DNA from: a virus
Taxonomy: Duplodnaviria; Heunggongvirae; Uroviricota; Caudoviricetes
Reading direction: 5' to 3' (one strand)
IMG/VR virus record: IMGVR_UViG_3300044843_000700
Span: 64,001-122,232 of that record
Length of the DNA stretch: 58,232 bases
A program made the position numbers and the translations under genes. The notes under the pieces were generated by a model that was given only the letters and a program-made list of their open reading frames with translations, was not told the DNA's origin and did no database searches. Below are positions 48,298-56,002 of the stretch, piece by piece; the stretch's first letter is position 1; each line of letters begins with the position of its first letter.

Positions 48298-48906
48298 TTA
48301 TACCACCTTCTCCTTGAATATTTTAGGCTCATCATTATCATCTCCAGCGCTAACAATTTCACACCAATCTGCAAGATCTGAGTGTGTTATGTTCTTCTCG
48401 TTTTTCCGGATGAAGTACATGGATGTTCTGGTGAACTTATAGTTATCACGCAGTTGTTGTTCCATGTATCGTGCTGTAGCTTCCAAGATAACTTCCCAAG
48501 GATAAGTGTAGTTGTCAAAGAACCATCTGAAGTTGGTCTCAACGTTTTTGATATTCGACCGCATATACTTACCACTCCCTGCTTTACGCTTAGGAAAAAG
48601 CTCGTTATACTTAGTCATGTTTTCCAGAAAGTCTTTTCCCAGCAGTTGAGTACTGGTCTTCTTCTTGTGGATCTTGAAGAAACTTTCTACCTGTGCGAGA
48701 ATACTCATCGCCTTAGGCTCCAGCTGCATGTTTTCAGTTATCCAACCTGCTTGCTGAAGTGTGTGTAATTCTTTATGAATGTTGATGTTTAGAGCACCTA
48801 CAGATTCTCTCATGCAATACAAGAGATAGAACTCATTCGGTGTCAGATTCGCCTGAGCTATCTTGTTGAACATCTCCATCATCACTAAATCGCTTTTTGT
48901 AGCCAT
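48298..48906 (-). CDS. Putative replication initiator/helicase-loader-like protein
   Basis: N-terminal HTH-like region, central YNELFP...VILEAT..Y segment; sits just upstream of dnaB as in crAss-like phages. Confidence 0.45.
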   Translation of the reverse strand: MATKSDLVMMEMFNKIAQANLTPNEFYLLYCMRESVGALNINIHKELHTLQQAGWITENMQLEPKAMSILAQVESFFKIHKKKTSTQLLGKDFLENMTKYNELFPKRKAGSGKYMRSNIKNVETNFRWFFDNYTYPWEVILEATARYMEQQLRDNYKFTRTSMYFIRKNEKNITHSDLADWCEIVSAGDDNDEPKIFKEKVV

Positions 48907-49315
48907 TGATCACGGTATTATAGATTCTTGTTGCTAGAACATCATGGGTTTCTAAGAGAGCCACCATGTGTCTATTACTGTGAATAGCTGTTGCATGATC
49001 GTAGCCGATGTGAGTAGCCGAAACAGATGGTCCGTATCCTATATCGTATGCGATCTTTAAGAAAGCTTGACGATACATGACTATTTCTCGTTTCCGAGTT
49101 CTTAGCCTTATACCCATAGGAGTATAAAATTGCGGATCCTCTTCCTCCATTACATCGTTGACTAACTGCTCTAGCATTTTCAGCGTTATTCGAGGAAGTC
49201 CTGCTTTGTCAAAAGAGTAGTTTACAACAGGATAGACTCCGAATGTTGCATAGAACTCTTTACGAAATCGAGATACCATCTCCTCAGCCAAACGCTTCTT
49301 GTAGCTCTTTTTCAT
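48833..49315 (-). CDS. Stand-alone DnaA domain IV-like (Bac_DnaA_C) DNA-binding protein
   Basis: RTRKREIVMYRQ...IGYDHATAIHS parallels DnaA R..IV.PRQ...G.RDHTTV.HA; no AAA+ domain. Confidence 0.7.
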   Translation of the reverse strand: MKKSYKKRLAEEMVSRFRKEFYATFGVYPVVNYSFDKAGLPRITLKMLEQLVNDVMEEEDPQFYTPMGIRLRTRKREIVMYRQAFLKIAYDIGYGPSVSATHIGYDHATAIHSNRHMVALLETHDVLATRIYNTVINGYKKRFSDDGDVQQDSSGESDTE

Positions 49316-49379
49316 GGTATTATCTTTTGGTGATGTCCAGTTTTTTGCCTATATTATATAAGCTACCCCCAGACAAAAG

Positions 49380-49449
49380 GGCTGATCAAACCAGTATCTG
49401 GGACTGGATTTGCGATCGATCCCGCGGTCAGCCGCGGTTCCCAAAGTTA
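49380..49449 (-). promoter_or_regulatory. GC-rich structured intergenic element with TAACTTTG -7 box
   Basis: TAACTTTG on the - strand at 49449-49442; nested stems GGCTGA/TCAGCC and CCAGT/ACTGG plus two CCGCGG palindromes. Confidence 0.45.
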
Positions 49450-49490
49450 ATACTTTGCGGGTGAGATCGCTCACTTTAAATGCTTGAGCT

Positions 49491-49799
49491 ATGAGAAAAT
49501 GGATGAAAGAAAACATGCCTGGTACCTGGAAGTTCTTTGAGGACTTCTTCAACGGCCTGAATAATAAGCCGGGAGGACACTCCCTGAGAAAACTTCTAGC
49601 AGTAGGGTTCTTCTGGTTAACTGCAGCACTTTGTTTAAAGTACACAGATTCCAGCAACTTGTCTACTGTAGTAGGTATCCTTTGTGGTATGATTACTTCT
49701 TTGATCATCACTTACTCTGTGAGTAACATCAAGCAGATGAAGATTAAACAAGAGCCTTCCGAAGAACCTAATGTGCAGGAGGAGGGTAAAAATGAATAA
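49491..49799 (+). CDS. Putative holin (two TM helices)
   Basis: LLAVGFFWLTAALCL and VVGILCGMITSLIITYSV hydrophobic segments, charged C-tail. Confidence 0.55.
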   Translation: MRKWMKENMPGTWKFFEDFFNGLNNKPGGHSLRKLLAVGFFWLTAALCLKYTDSSNLSTVVGILCGMITSLIITYSVSNIKQMKIKQEPSEEPNVQEEGKNE

Positions 49800-50124
49800 G
49801 GCCAATCTTATAGCTTATAGCAGCTTGATTGGGATAATCATTATTCTCCTTGCCATCATTTACTTTCGCAAGCCTCAAGTGATTGTAGAGTCAGACCGGG
49901 AGAAAGTTCTTGAGGACTCAATAGCTGTGCTGAACACTAGAATAGATTCTAGTCATGTTCGACAAGCTAAAATCCAGAAGGCTTACGATAGTCTTCTTTC
50001 CATCGATCCCATTGTAATATCCAAGACCCGTGATAAGATCAAGTTTATTTACAGCACTAATAGTCCTGATGAGTTGGACAGCATCATCCGCACAAACTGG
50101 AAAACCAAATCCCGATACCGTTAA
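49792..50124 (+). CDS. Putative i-spanin-like membrane protein
   Basis: N-terminal TM (LIAYSSLIGIIIILLAIIYF) followed by a coiled-coil; follows the holin-like gene. Confidence 0.45.
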   Translation: MNKANLIAYSSLIGIIIILLAIIYFRKPQVIVESDREKVLEDSIAVLNTRIDSSHVRQAKIQKAYDSLLSIDPIVISKTRDKIKFIYSTNSPDELDSIIRTNWKTKSRYR

Positions 50125-50440
50125 GTGTTACGGTGTGAAGGAGCTCCAGTATATTGCAGCAACTTTGGTTGAAGCCAGAGCTTGCGATACACTATTGTCT
50201 ACAGCGAACGCAAAGCTTGCCAACAGAGACACTCTCATCAAAGAAAAAGATTACGAGATATCTCAACTGAACGGACAGCTCGTTCTCAAGGATAAGATCA
50301 TTGAGGTAAAGGAGCAGGAGATCAAAGAGATCAACCTGCACCTTGAAGCTGCTGAGCGTCATAAGAAATGGCTCAAGTTCGGCTGGGGATCTACGTCAGT
50401 CATCCTGGGGGGAGCCCTGGTCTACTTTATTCTCAACTGA
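50030..50440 (+). CDS. Secreted coiled-coil protein with C-terminal TM (spanin partner candidate)
   Basis: GTG start; signal-peptide-like N-terminus (SLFTALIVLMSWTASSA-Q), coiled-coil, C-terminal hydrophobic helix; overlaps the previous gene by 95 nt in another frame. Confidence 0.45.
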   Translation: MIRSSLFTALIVLMSWTASSAQTGKPNPDTVKCYGVKELQYIAATLVEARACDTLLSTANAKLANRDTLIKEKDYEISQLNGQLVLKDKIIEVKEQEIKEINLHLEAAERHKKWLKFGWGSTSVILGGALVYFILN

Positions 50441-50683
50441 GAAAGCTGTTGTCCAGGAAGCACGATCTAAAATCGTCCCGAATCCCATGATTAAAGAGTG
50501 TGCTTCTCTTATCGGAAACTTGGCACCCCAAGCCATGATGTCTTGAATGTCAAATTCCAAGTTGGAGCCGGCAACATCTTTTATCCAGGCCTTTGGTCTT
50601 TTCTCGATAGCGTCATATCCCATGACGATACCGATGTTGGTTCTACCATTAAACCAGACTACACCTATAGGTTTACTGCTCAT
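50396..50683 (-). CDS. Hypothetical protein
   Basis: 95-aa ORF, ATGA-coupled to the upstream gene. Confidence 0.6.
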   Translation of the reverse strand: MSSKPIGVVWFNGRTNIGIVMGYDAIEKRPKAWIKDVAGSNLEFDIQDIMAWGAKFPIREAHSLIMGFGTILDRASWTTAFSVENKVDQGSPQDD

Positions 50684-50967
50684 TCTAGTTCTTCTTCAAG
50701 AATCTCCAAAAGCATTTTATCAGTGTCCCACATGGACTTCAGCATGATACCCATACCTACTACCATGATCATTCCAGTAGCATAGTCCAATCCTTTTTCT
50801 ACAGATGTTATGGGGCCTGTATGCCAACCATACATTACAATGTAGATCAGTGTTTCCAATAACCAGATTCCCCAGCCTATGAAGAATATGACTTTACCTA
50901 GGCGGCGAAGATCTTTTATGCTTTTGAGCATGCGATATGCACGCTCTTCTCTGTCGTCTCTTACCAT
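50680..50967 (-). CDS. Small membrane protein (two TM)
   Basis: VIFFIGWGIWLLETLIYIVMYG and YATGMIMVVGMGIML. Confidence 0.6.
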   Translation of the reverse strand: MVRDDREERAYRMLKSIKDLRRLGKVIFFIGWGIWLLETLIYIVMYGWHTGPITSVEKGLDYATGMIMVVGMGIMLKSMWDTDKMLLEILEEELE

Positions 50968-51680
50968 ACGATTTGATATTTATAGTGTTTGAGTACAAGA
51001 TCACTTGTCTTGTTAAAGATGTCACCTGAGTCCCATTTTTCTTGGTTCTGATGTGCTGCAGATGCAGGGTGACTACACATTAGCTTCCAGTTGTTATCAG
51101 GAATAGATTTAGCCCACTCTTGTGCTTTCTTACCCATAAACACATACACAAGCCCTGGATTGTTGAACGATAAGATATCGAACAAGTATGCCAGAAAAGG
51201 CTGCCACAATATATAGTGTTGACCTACTCGGTTTATTGTTGTAGTAAGAGCTATGTTGAGCATTAGGATTCCTTGTTTTGACCAGCGTGCCAAATCAGGA
51301 TCCCAAGTATATCCTTGGTTAGGATACACGGTGTCTTCTATTTCCTTGAACATGTATCGTAAAGAGGCTTGTACCTTTCCATCGTTACCGCATGAGAAAG
51401 CTATGCCGTCCGCTACCCCGGGATAAGGATAAGGGTCTTGTCCGATCATTACTACCTTGAGATCATTGTAAGGACATTCTTCAAATGCCCGAAACAGTTG
51501 TTTGATCACCGGAGTAAACCTGCGATTGTCTCTTGCTTCTGCCAGTAGACTCTTCAGGATCTTGTGAAAATCATCACTGAGAAGAAAGCCTTTTAGCTTA
51601 TCCCCCCAGCCTGAGGGTTTTAACCTCTCGTACAGTTTCATCTGTACTTCTTCTAAGTTTACACTTTCTAGATTGCTCAT
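50961..51680 (-). CDS. ung: Uracil-DNA glycosylase (family 1)
   Basis: GQDPY, GIAFS, GILMLN and HPAS motifs. Confidence 0.93.
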   Translation of the reverse strand: MSNLESVNLEEVQMKLYERLKPSGWGDKLKGFLLSDDFHKILKSLLAEARDNRRFTPVIKQLFRAFEECPYNDLKVVMIGQDPYPYPGVADGIAFSCGNDGKVQASLRYMFKEIEDTVYPNQGYTWDPDLARWSKQGILMLNIALTTTINRVGQHYILWQPFLAYLFDILSFNNPGLVYVFMGKKAQEWAKSIPDNNWKLMCSHPASAAHQNQEKWDSGDIFNKTSDLVLKHYKYQIVW

Positions 51681-51687
51681 CTTACAC

Positions 51688-51719
51688 TTGTAAAGTTTAG
51701 CGAATAATGCTTATCTTTG
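51688..51719 (+). promoter_or_regulatory. Bacteroidota-type promoter, divergent from ung
   Basis: TTG-N21-TATCTTTG ending 4 nt before ATG 51724. Confidence 0.6.
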
Positions 51720-51723
51720 GAGC

Positions 51724-52020
51724 ATGGCAAAGAAATTTAACGTAAAGACCATACCCTTCGAGGCGAAGATCAACATCCAGATACCTGGTAGCTTTTATGC
51801 AAGACTGCAGCAGCTTGTTGTTCATTACGGTAACTCTAAGCCTCATTCTGAATTGCTTGCTGCTATGCAAGCTTTAGCCAAGAATGAGCAGGCCAAGAGT
51901 GAGTTTGAATACCATATCCACACCTTGACTATTCTGATCTGGGAGATTGAGAATGCTGCTAAAGAGCAGAATCTCTTGAAAGATGAAGAGATTGAGATTC
52001 CGGAAGAAGGTGCTGATTAA
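51724..52020 (+). CDS. Hypothetical protein (isolated + strand gene)
   Basis: 98-aa ORF with its own promoter, converging on the NinB-like gene. Confidence 0.65.
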   Translation: MAKKFNVKTIPFEAKINIQIPGSFYARLQQLVVHYGNSKPHSELLAAMQALAKNEQAKSEFEYHIHTLTILIWEIENAAKEQNLLKDEEIEIPEEGAD

Positions 52021-52424
52021 CGCAAGTTCATTCCCACGGTATCTCCGATCTCAATAATAGCCTCGATTGCAAGAGCTAGTTCATCCTTGGAACAGTCTCC
52101 AAAAGATTTGCACACCATAAAGGTGTCGCCTCCTAAGTGTTTTCTTACACATAATCCGGCTTGTCTTTTTACCTCCAGCTTCATATCCTCAAAGCTGTAG
52201 CCAAGTTCTTTTGCAAGTTCTCGAATACATACATGGATTTTTGCTAGTTGAGGTACACTACCGTTATCAACGTTGGCTTCCATGAAGATCTCGATGGTTT
52301 GTCCATCTACGATTCCCTTCTTGAATTCTCCATAACGTGTAGCATCTGCTGTAGTAGCAGGTACGAGTTCTCCATAAATGTTCTTTACGAATTGTCCGTG
52401 GAATATGTTATGCTTCTCACTCAT
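52017..52424 (-). CDS. NinB/YbcN-like recombination accessory protein
   Basis: SVPQLAKIHVCIRELAKELG...K and KSFGDCSKDEL...IEAI resemble the NinB family pattern. Confidence 0.55.
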   Translation of the reverse strand: MSEKHNIFHGQFVKNIYGELVPATTADATRYGEFKKGIVDGQTIEIFMEANVDNGSVPQLAKIHVCIRELAKELGYSFEDMKLEVKRQAGLCVRKHLGGDTFMVCKSFGDCSKDELALAIEAIIEIGDTVGMNLR

Positions 52425-53473
52425 GCTTCAATTTCTTCTTCGCGTTTTACCTTGAGTTTGGAGATATGACAATCCTTCTCATCAAGATCGTCTCTTTCAC
52501 CTAAGAGTACTGGTTGAAATAACGAGCCTCCAGGGAAGTAGTAAAGATACTTGATTTCTACTATGCTATTGACCTTGGGTATCTGTTGATTAGGATACAC
52601 CGTGGCATTCCCTACCGCGATTCTTCCTTTACCGTCATGAACAGCAAGCATGATGGATCTTTTATCTTGATTCACTTTTGTCACAATACAAGAAGCTGTT
52701 GCACAAAACTTGTACTTGAGCTGGTCACCTAGTGAATTAGGTCTTCCTGGAGTGTACTTAGAGTCCTTGCGCTTGAACACAATTCCTTCGGCATTATCTT
52801 CCTTCAGTCTTTGTAGCAAAGCTTTCTTCTCTTCCTTCGTCCAAGCAACTGGAGCTAGTTGTGCATATACTCCATCAAACACAAACTCTTCACGAAGCTT
52901 CTTGTAACGCTCCTCAAAGCTGAGTCCGGGTATTACATTATCAAATATTACAACCTTGTCTCCAATAGCTTCTCCATCGAGAATATAAATTCCTTCCGGA
53001 AGAATACTTTGAAGATTGTCTGGGATGGAAACGGTCAGTCCTTTGCGATTGGTACCTATTAGTGAGGCACCATTTCTTATAAGACCTCTACGCTTTCCAT
53101 CATACTTTTCTTGAGCACACCAATTAGGATCGTTGATATAAGCTTCTACAGTATCCTCATCGATATCGTTGAGGAGTTGTGGTCTGAAACCTGTATCTGC
53201 AGGATCAGTTACACTCATAGTAGGAGCAGCTTTACCTCCGATCATTTCTTGATAGCCTTTGCCGGTCTTTTCTTGCACAAGTTTGTCATAGACTTTTCTT
53301 GCAGCTTGAACAGTCGCACCGGAAATTTTTGTACCAGTAGTTAAAGCAGAGCCTCGTCTTCCATAGGCGAAGTCTACTTGGTACTTCCCGTTTATTTCAA
53401 CGAGCTTTACATGATACACCTTATCAGAGCCTCCCTGTCTAAAGTAAAGGTCTGTCTTGTCAACTATTGTCAT
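52421..53473 (-). CDS. lig: WGR-domain + ATP-dependent DNA ligase
   Basis: N-terminal GGSDKVY...YGRRG (WGR-like); motif I EKYDG, LDGE, FD, EGIVFK, LKYK; C-terminal OB fold. Confidence 0.88.
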   Translation of the reverse strand: MTIVDKTDLYFRQGGSDKVYHVKLVEINGKYQVDFAYGRRGSALTTGTKISGATVQAARKVYDKLVQEKTGKGYQEMIGGKAAPTMSVTDPADTGFRPQLLNDIDEDTVEAYINDPNWCAQEKYDGKRRGLIRNGASLIGTNRKGLTVSIPDNLQSILPEGIYILDGEAIGDKVVIFDNVIPGLSFEERYKKLREEFVFDGVYAQLAPVAWTKEEKKALLQRLKEDNAEGIVFKRKDSKYTPGRPNSLGDQLKYKFCATASCIVTKVNQDKRSIMLAVHDGKGRIAVGNATVYPNQQIPKVNSIVEIKYLYYFPGGSLFQPVLLGERDDLDEKDCHISKLKVKREEEIEA

Positions 53474-53772
53474 AGCTTTATTCCCTTTTCATTACACCAG
53501 TTTATGCACACTTGTGAGATGAGCTGATGCAAATCTGTTATCCGGTTTTCATCAATGAAAGTGATAGCGCTTATCACCATGACAGGAGAGAGTTCGAATC
53601 TCACCTTACTCCATACTGGTATTAACCAGTCCCAGGATTCATGGAAACGCAGATCTTCTAAGCCGATGAGCTCGAATTCTACGTCCATAAGATCCTTGAA
53701 ATGCTTTTCTCTCAGGTAGCCTGGGCCACCCATGAAAGCTGTTATAGCATTATTTCTTTGGGCAGTTGTCAT
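53470..53772 (-). CDS. Hypothetical protein (FHESWDWLIPV family)
   Basis: 100-aa coupled ORF. Confidence 0.6.
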   Translation of the reverse strand: MTTAQRNNAITAFMGGPGYLREKHFKDLMDVEFELIGLEDLRFHESWDWLIPVWSKVRFELSPVMVISAITFIDENRITDLHQLISQVCINWCNEKGIKL

Positions 53773-53975
53773 AGCGTGCTAATCAACTGCGCAATAGTTT
53801 CTTCTGCTACAACATGGTTCTCTACATCTCGAGATCCTAGTTGTTTGTACAGAGTTTTGTATTGCTCTGGTGTAATAGCTTGCATATTGTGCAAGTGTAA
53901 AAGATGCTGATACAGTTTACCTGTATCGACCCATCTGGCTTCACTAGCCATAGGTCCTGATTCGTCTTGACTCAT
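53769..53975 (-). CDS. Small protein carrying the SxDxxN motif
   Basis: YKTLYKQLGSRDVENHVVA. Confidence 0.6.
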   Translation of the reverse strand: MSQDESGPMASEARWVDTGKLYQHLLHLHNMQAITPEQYKTLYKQLGSRDVENHVVAEETIAQLISTL

Positions 53976-54223
53976 AAATCGTCTGCTTGGTTCATAAATG
54001 TTTGTGCTTTGTTGCGCTCTTGAATTGCTTCGATGCGCCGCTGATCCAACTCGATGATTGATTCACCACCTAGTTCCAGGTCCACTTCTATTTCGTCGTA
54101 GAAGCGAATAGTTTTGTCCAGCTTTCTTGCTAGACCTTTTGTTACCGGCTGATCACGGAGAACACTCTGAATATGCTTCAGCGTCTCTTTCATTTGCCAG
54201 TGTTCTTTGAGGTTTACCTTCAT
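53972..54223 (-). CDS. Hypothetical coiled-coil protein
   Basis: 83-aa coupled ORF. Confidence 0.6.
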   Translation of the reverse strand: MKVNLKEHWQMKETLKHIQSVLRDQPVTKGLARKLDKTIRFYDEIEVDLELGGESIIELDQRRIEAIQERNKAQTFMNQADDL

Positions 54224-54312
54224 TTTACTAAGGATAATAGAGCTATCAGTAAAGCAATGTATGCTACTATGAGAGCATGAGTACTTCTTTCACTATATCT
54301 ACGATATCTCAT
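54220..54312 (-). CDS. 30-aa single-TM peptide (not in ORF track)
   Basis: MRYRRYSERSTHALIVAYIALLIALLSLVK*; fills the gap, and its TGA overlaps the ATG of the next gene. Confidence 0.55.
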   Translation of the reverse strand: MRYRRYSERSTHALIVAYIALLIALLSLVK

Positions 54313-54514
54313 CTGGTGGAGAAAGTGCTTTCCGTTTAACAATCTCTAAAGCCTCATCACGATCTTTAGCATCGAAAGGTCCCACTACTTGTTTACAGAA
54401 GGGGCTCTCATTAGCTTCCTGAATATCTTCAGGTCCGAAGTAGCGCTTGGCTTGAAGGCTACCTGAGGTGTGGACATATCCCCACCATTTGTTCTTTGTT
54501 TCTTCCATGCTCAT
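54299..54514 (-). CDS. Hypothetical protein
   Basis: 71-aa coupled ORF. Confidence 0.6.
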   Translation of the reverse strand: MSMEETKNKWWGYVHTSGSLQAKRYFGPEDIQEANESPFCKQVVGPFDAKDRDEALEIVKRKALSPPDEIS

Positions 54515-54855
54515 AGTTCTATTCTAAAACAACTTGCTCCTTTTGGATTACCGTCTGAGTCTACAGCGTAGAGTCTTGGCCATTTACCCATCATCAAATA
54601 TTCTCCACGTGCTTCTGGAAAAGCTTGATGGAATAATGGTGATGTGATAAAGATCTGAGTATGGACATCACCCATCCGGGTTTTTCTTCTTACACCTTCA
54701 GTATACTCTTCGATCTTGAGTACTACATGAGGCATCCTCTCAGGATCTTTTTGGTTGGTGTATTCTTCAAGTGTCATAAGCTTTGTGTAAAAGGGACGGT
54801 ATCTGATCTGCTCATCAAATACCGTTGCCCTGTACTCCGGTTTGACCCGGTTCAT
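54511..54855 (-). CDS. Hypothetical protein
   Basis: 114-aa coupled ORF. Confidence 0.6.
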   Translation of the reverse strand: MNRVKPEYRATVFDEQIRYRPFYTKLMTLEEYTNQKDPERMPHVVLKIEEYTEGVRRKTRMGDVHTQIFITSPLFHQAFPEARGEYLMMGKWPRLYAVDSDGNPKGASCFRIEL

Positions 54856-55016
54856 TTCTTTACCTTCTTCTGCAAAAAGCGGAGGTCTTTAACTTCTTCT
54901 GGAGTAAGAGCCTTCATCTTGATAGTTTTGCCAGAAGTTTCACAGTAAGATGTTGTAACAGGCTCCTTACGGACTATTACTTGGTCACATCCTTTGCAAT
55001 AGTAATAGTGTGCCAT
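54852..55016 (-). CDS. 54-aa Cys-containing small protein (not in ORF track)
   Basis: MAHYYYCKGCDQVIVRKEPVTTSYCETSGK...KKVKK*; ATGA-coupled to 54855. Confidence 0.55.
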   Translation of the reverse strand: MAHYYYCKGCDQVIVRKEPVTTSYCETSGKTIKMKALTPEEVKDLRFLQKKVKK

Positions 55017-55225
55017 CTTCTTATGAGTTTTACTCTTAGTCCTGTTTTCTTGAAGAGACGTTTATCTCCTCTACCATAAACGGTATAGCCTCTTCTACCC
55101 CAATCCCTGTCAGAGGGTATTCTTATTGACCCGTTTCTACTAGTCAAAACAACCCTCCAGTTGGTTCCTTTTTGGTTGGAGATTACATCTCCTGGTTGTA
55201 GAGACAACCACTCATCCGTTGTCAT
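54977..55225 (-). CDS. Hypothetical basic protein
   Basis: 82-aa ORF. Confidence 0.5.
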   Translation of the reverse strand: MTTDEWLSLQPGDVISNQKGTNWRVVLTSRNGSIRIPSDRDWGRRGYTVYGRGDKRLFKKTGLRVKLIRRWHTITIAKDVTK

Positions 55226-55589
55226 GCTTTACTACGATTTCTACTTGATCAGGACACAGTACTGAGCGAAAATCATCCAGTATCATAGCCATCAACGTTT
55301 GTCGATACTCAGGATCCATGTCATTCCAATGGATACAGTGTGCTAAGCGATAAACACTCAAGCGTTCTGAGGAGATATGAATACCGGTTAATTCAGATGC
55401 TTCTCTTATAGCGCAGATATCTAACCACTTTCCGGGCTTCATCATGGCGTGTAAAGAATGAGCAACAGCGTTGAACTGGATATTACCGTTTATTCCTCCA
55501 GGAGGTACACGAGATAGGATAGCATCCACATCTCTGTAAAGATTCTTAAAGTCTCCAGCTTTGCGGAGCTCTAGTCCAAATGCTTTCAT
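55212..55589 (-). CDS. Hypothetical protein
   Basis: 125-aa ORF. Confidence 0.6.
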   Translation of the reverse strand: MKAFGLELRKAGDFKNLYRDVDAILSRVPPGGINGNIQFNAVAHSLHAMMKPGKWLDICAIREASELTGIHISSERLSVYRLAHCIHWNDMDPEYRQTLMAMILDDFRSVLCPDQVEIVVKHDNG

Positions 55590-55591
55590 AG

Positions 55592-55921
55592 TTACTGATC
55601 CATTGTGCCATCTTGCACATCTGCTACCTGAACAAAACCTCTTTCGAGTTCTTGTATTACATGACGCAGATGCTCAGCTGAATCCCTCCAGCCTTTTTGA
55701 TGAGCGTTGTGAATATTTGCTACCAAACCTTGGATTAAGGTATGGGTTAAAGCACGACATCCTTCAGCTGTAGGTCTTCCTTCTGGATCAAGATATTGTT
55801 TCTTGTCCAAGTTTTCTGATACCTCCAAGCGAATATTAGTTGCCACGTGCTTTGATTTCGGAGCTCCTTTCTCATAGGAAAGCTCAATCTGGCTTACACC
55901 AGTAAAAGTAAACTGCATCAT
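55592..55921 (-). CDS. Hypothetical protein (probable start MMQF at 55921)
   Basis: The ORF-track start at 55945 lies inside the tRNA-like element; ATG 55921 avoids it. Confidence 0.6.
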   Translation of the reverse strand: MMQFTFTGVSQIELSYEKGAPKSKHVATNIRLEVSENLDKKQYLDPEGRPTAEGCRALTHTLIQGLVANIHNAHQKGWRDSAEHLRHVIQELERGFVQVADVQDGTMDQ

Positions 55922-55938
55922 GTTGCTTAGATTTTTAG

Positions 55939-56002
55939 TGGACACAAAGGGAATCGAACCCTAATCAGCCCCCTCGGGTTAGCCCCCGCCGCTTGTGTGC
56001 CC
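55939..56002 (-). ncRNA. 64-nt tRNA-like RNA with alanine identity elements, no normal D/anticodon arms
   Basis: Acceptor GGGCACA/TGTGTCC (G1-C72, G2-C71, G3.U70), discriminator A, T-arm AGGG-TTCGATT-CCCT. Confidence 0.65.

Noticed and set aside
49349-49711. 120-aa - strand ORF antisense to the holin-like gene
   Set aside because: Shadow ORF spanning a structured intergenic region and a better-supported + strand gene.
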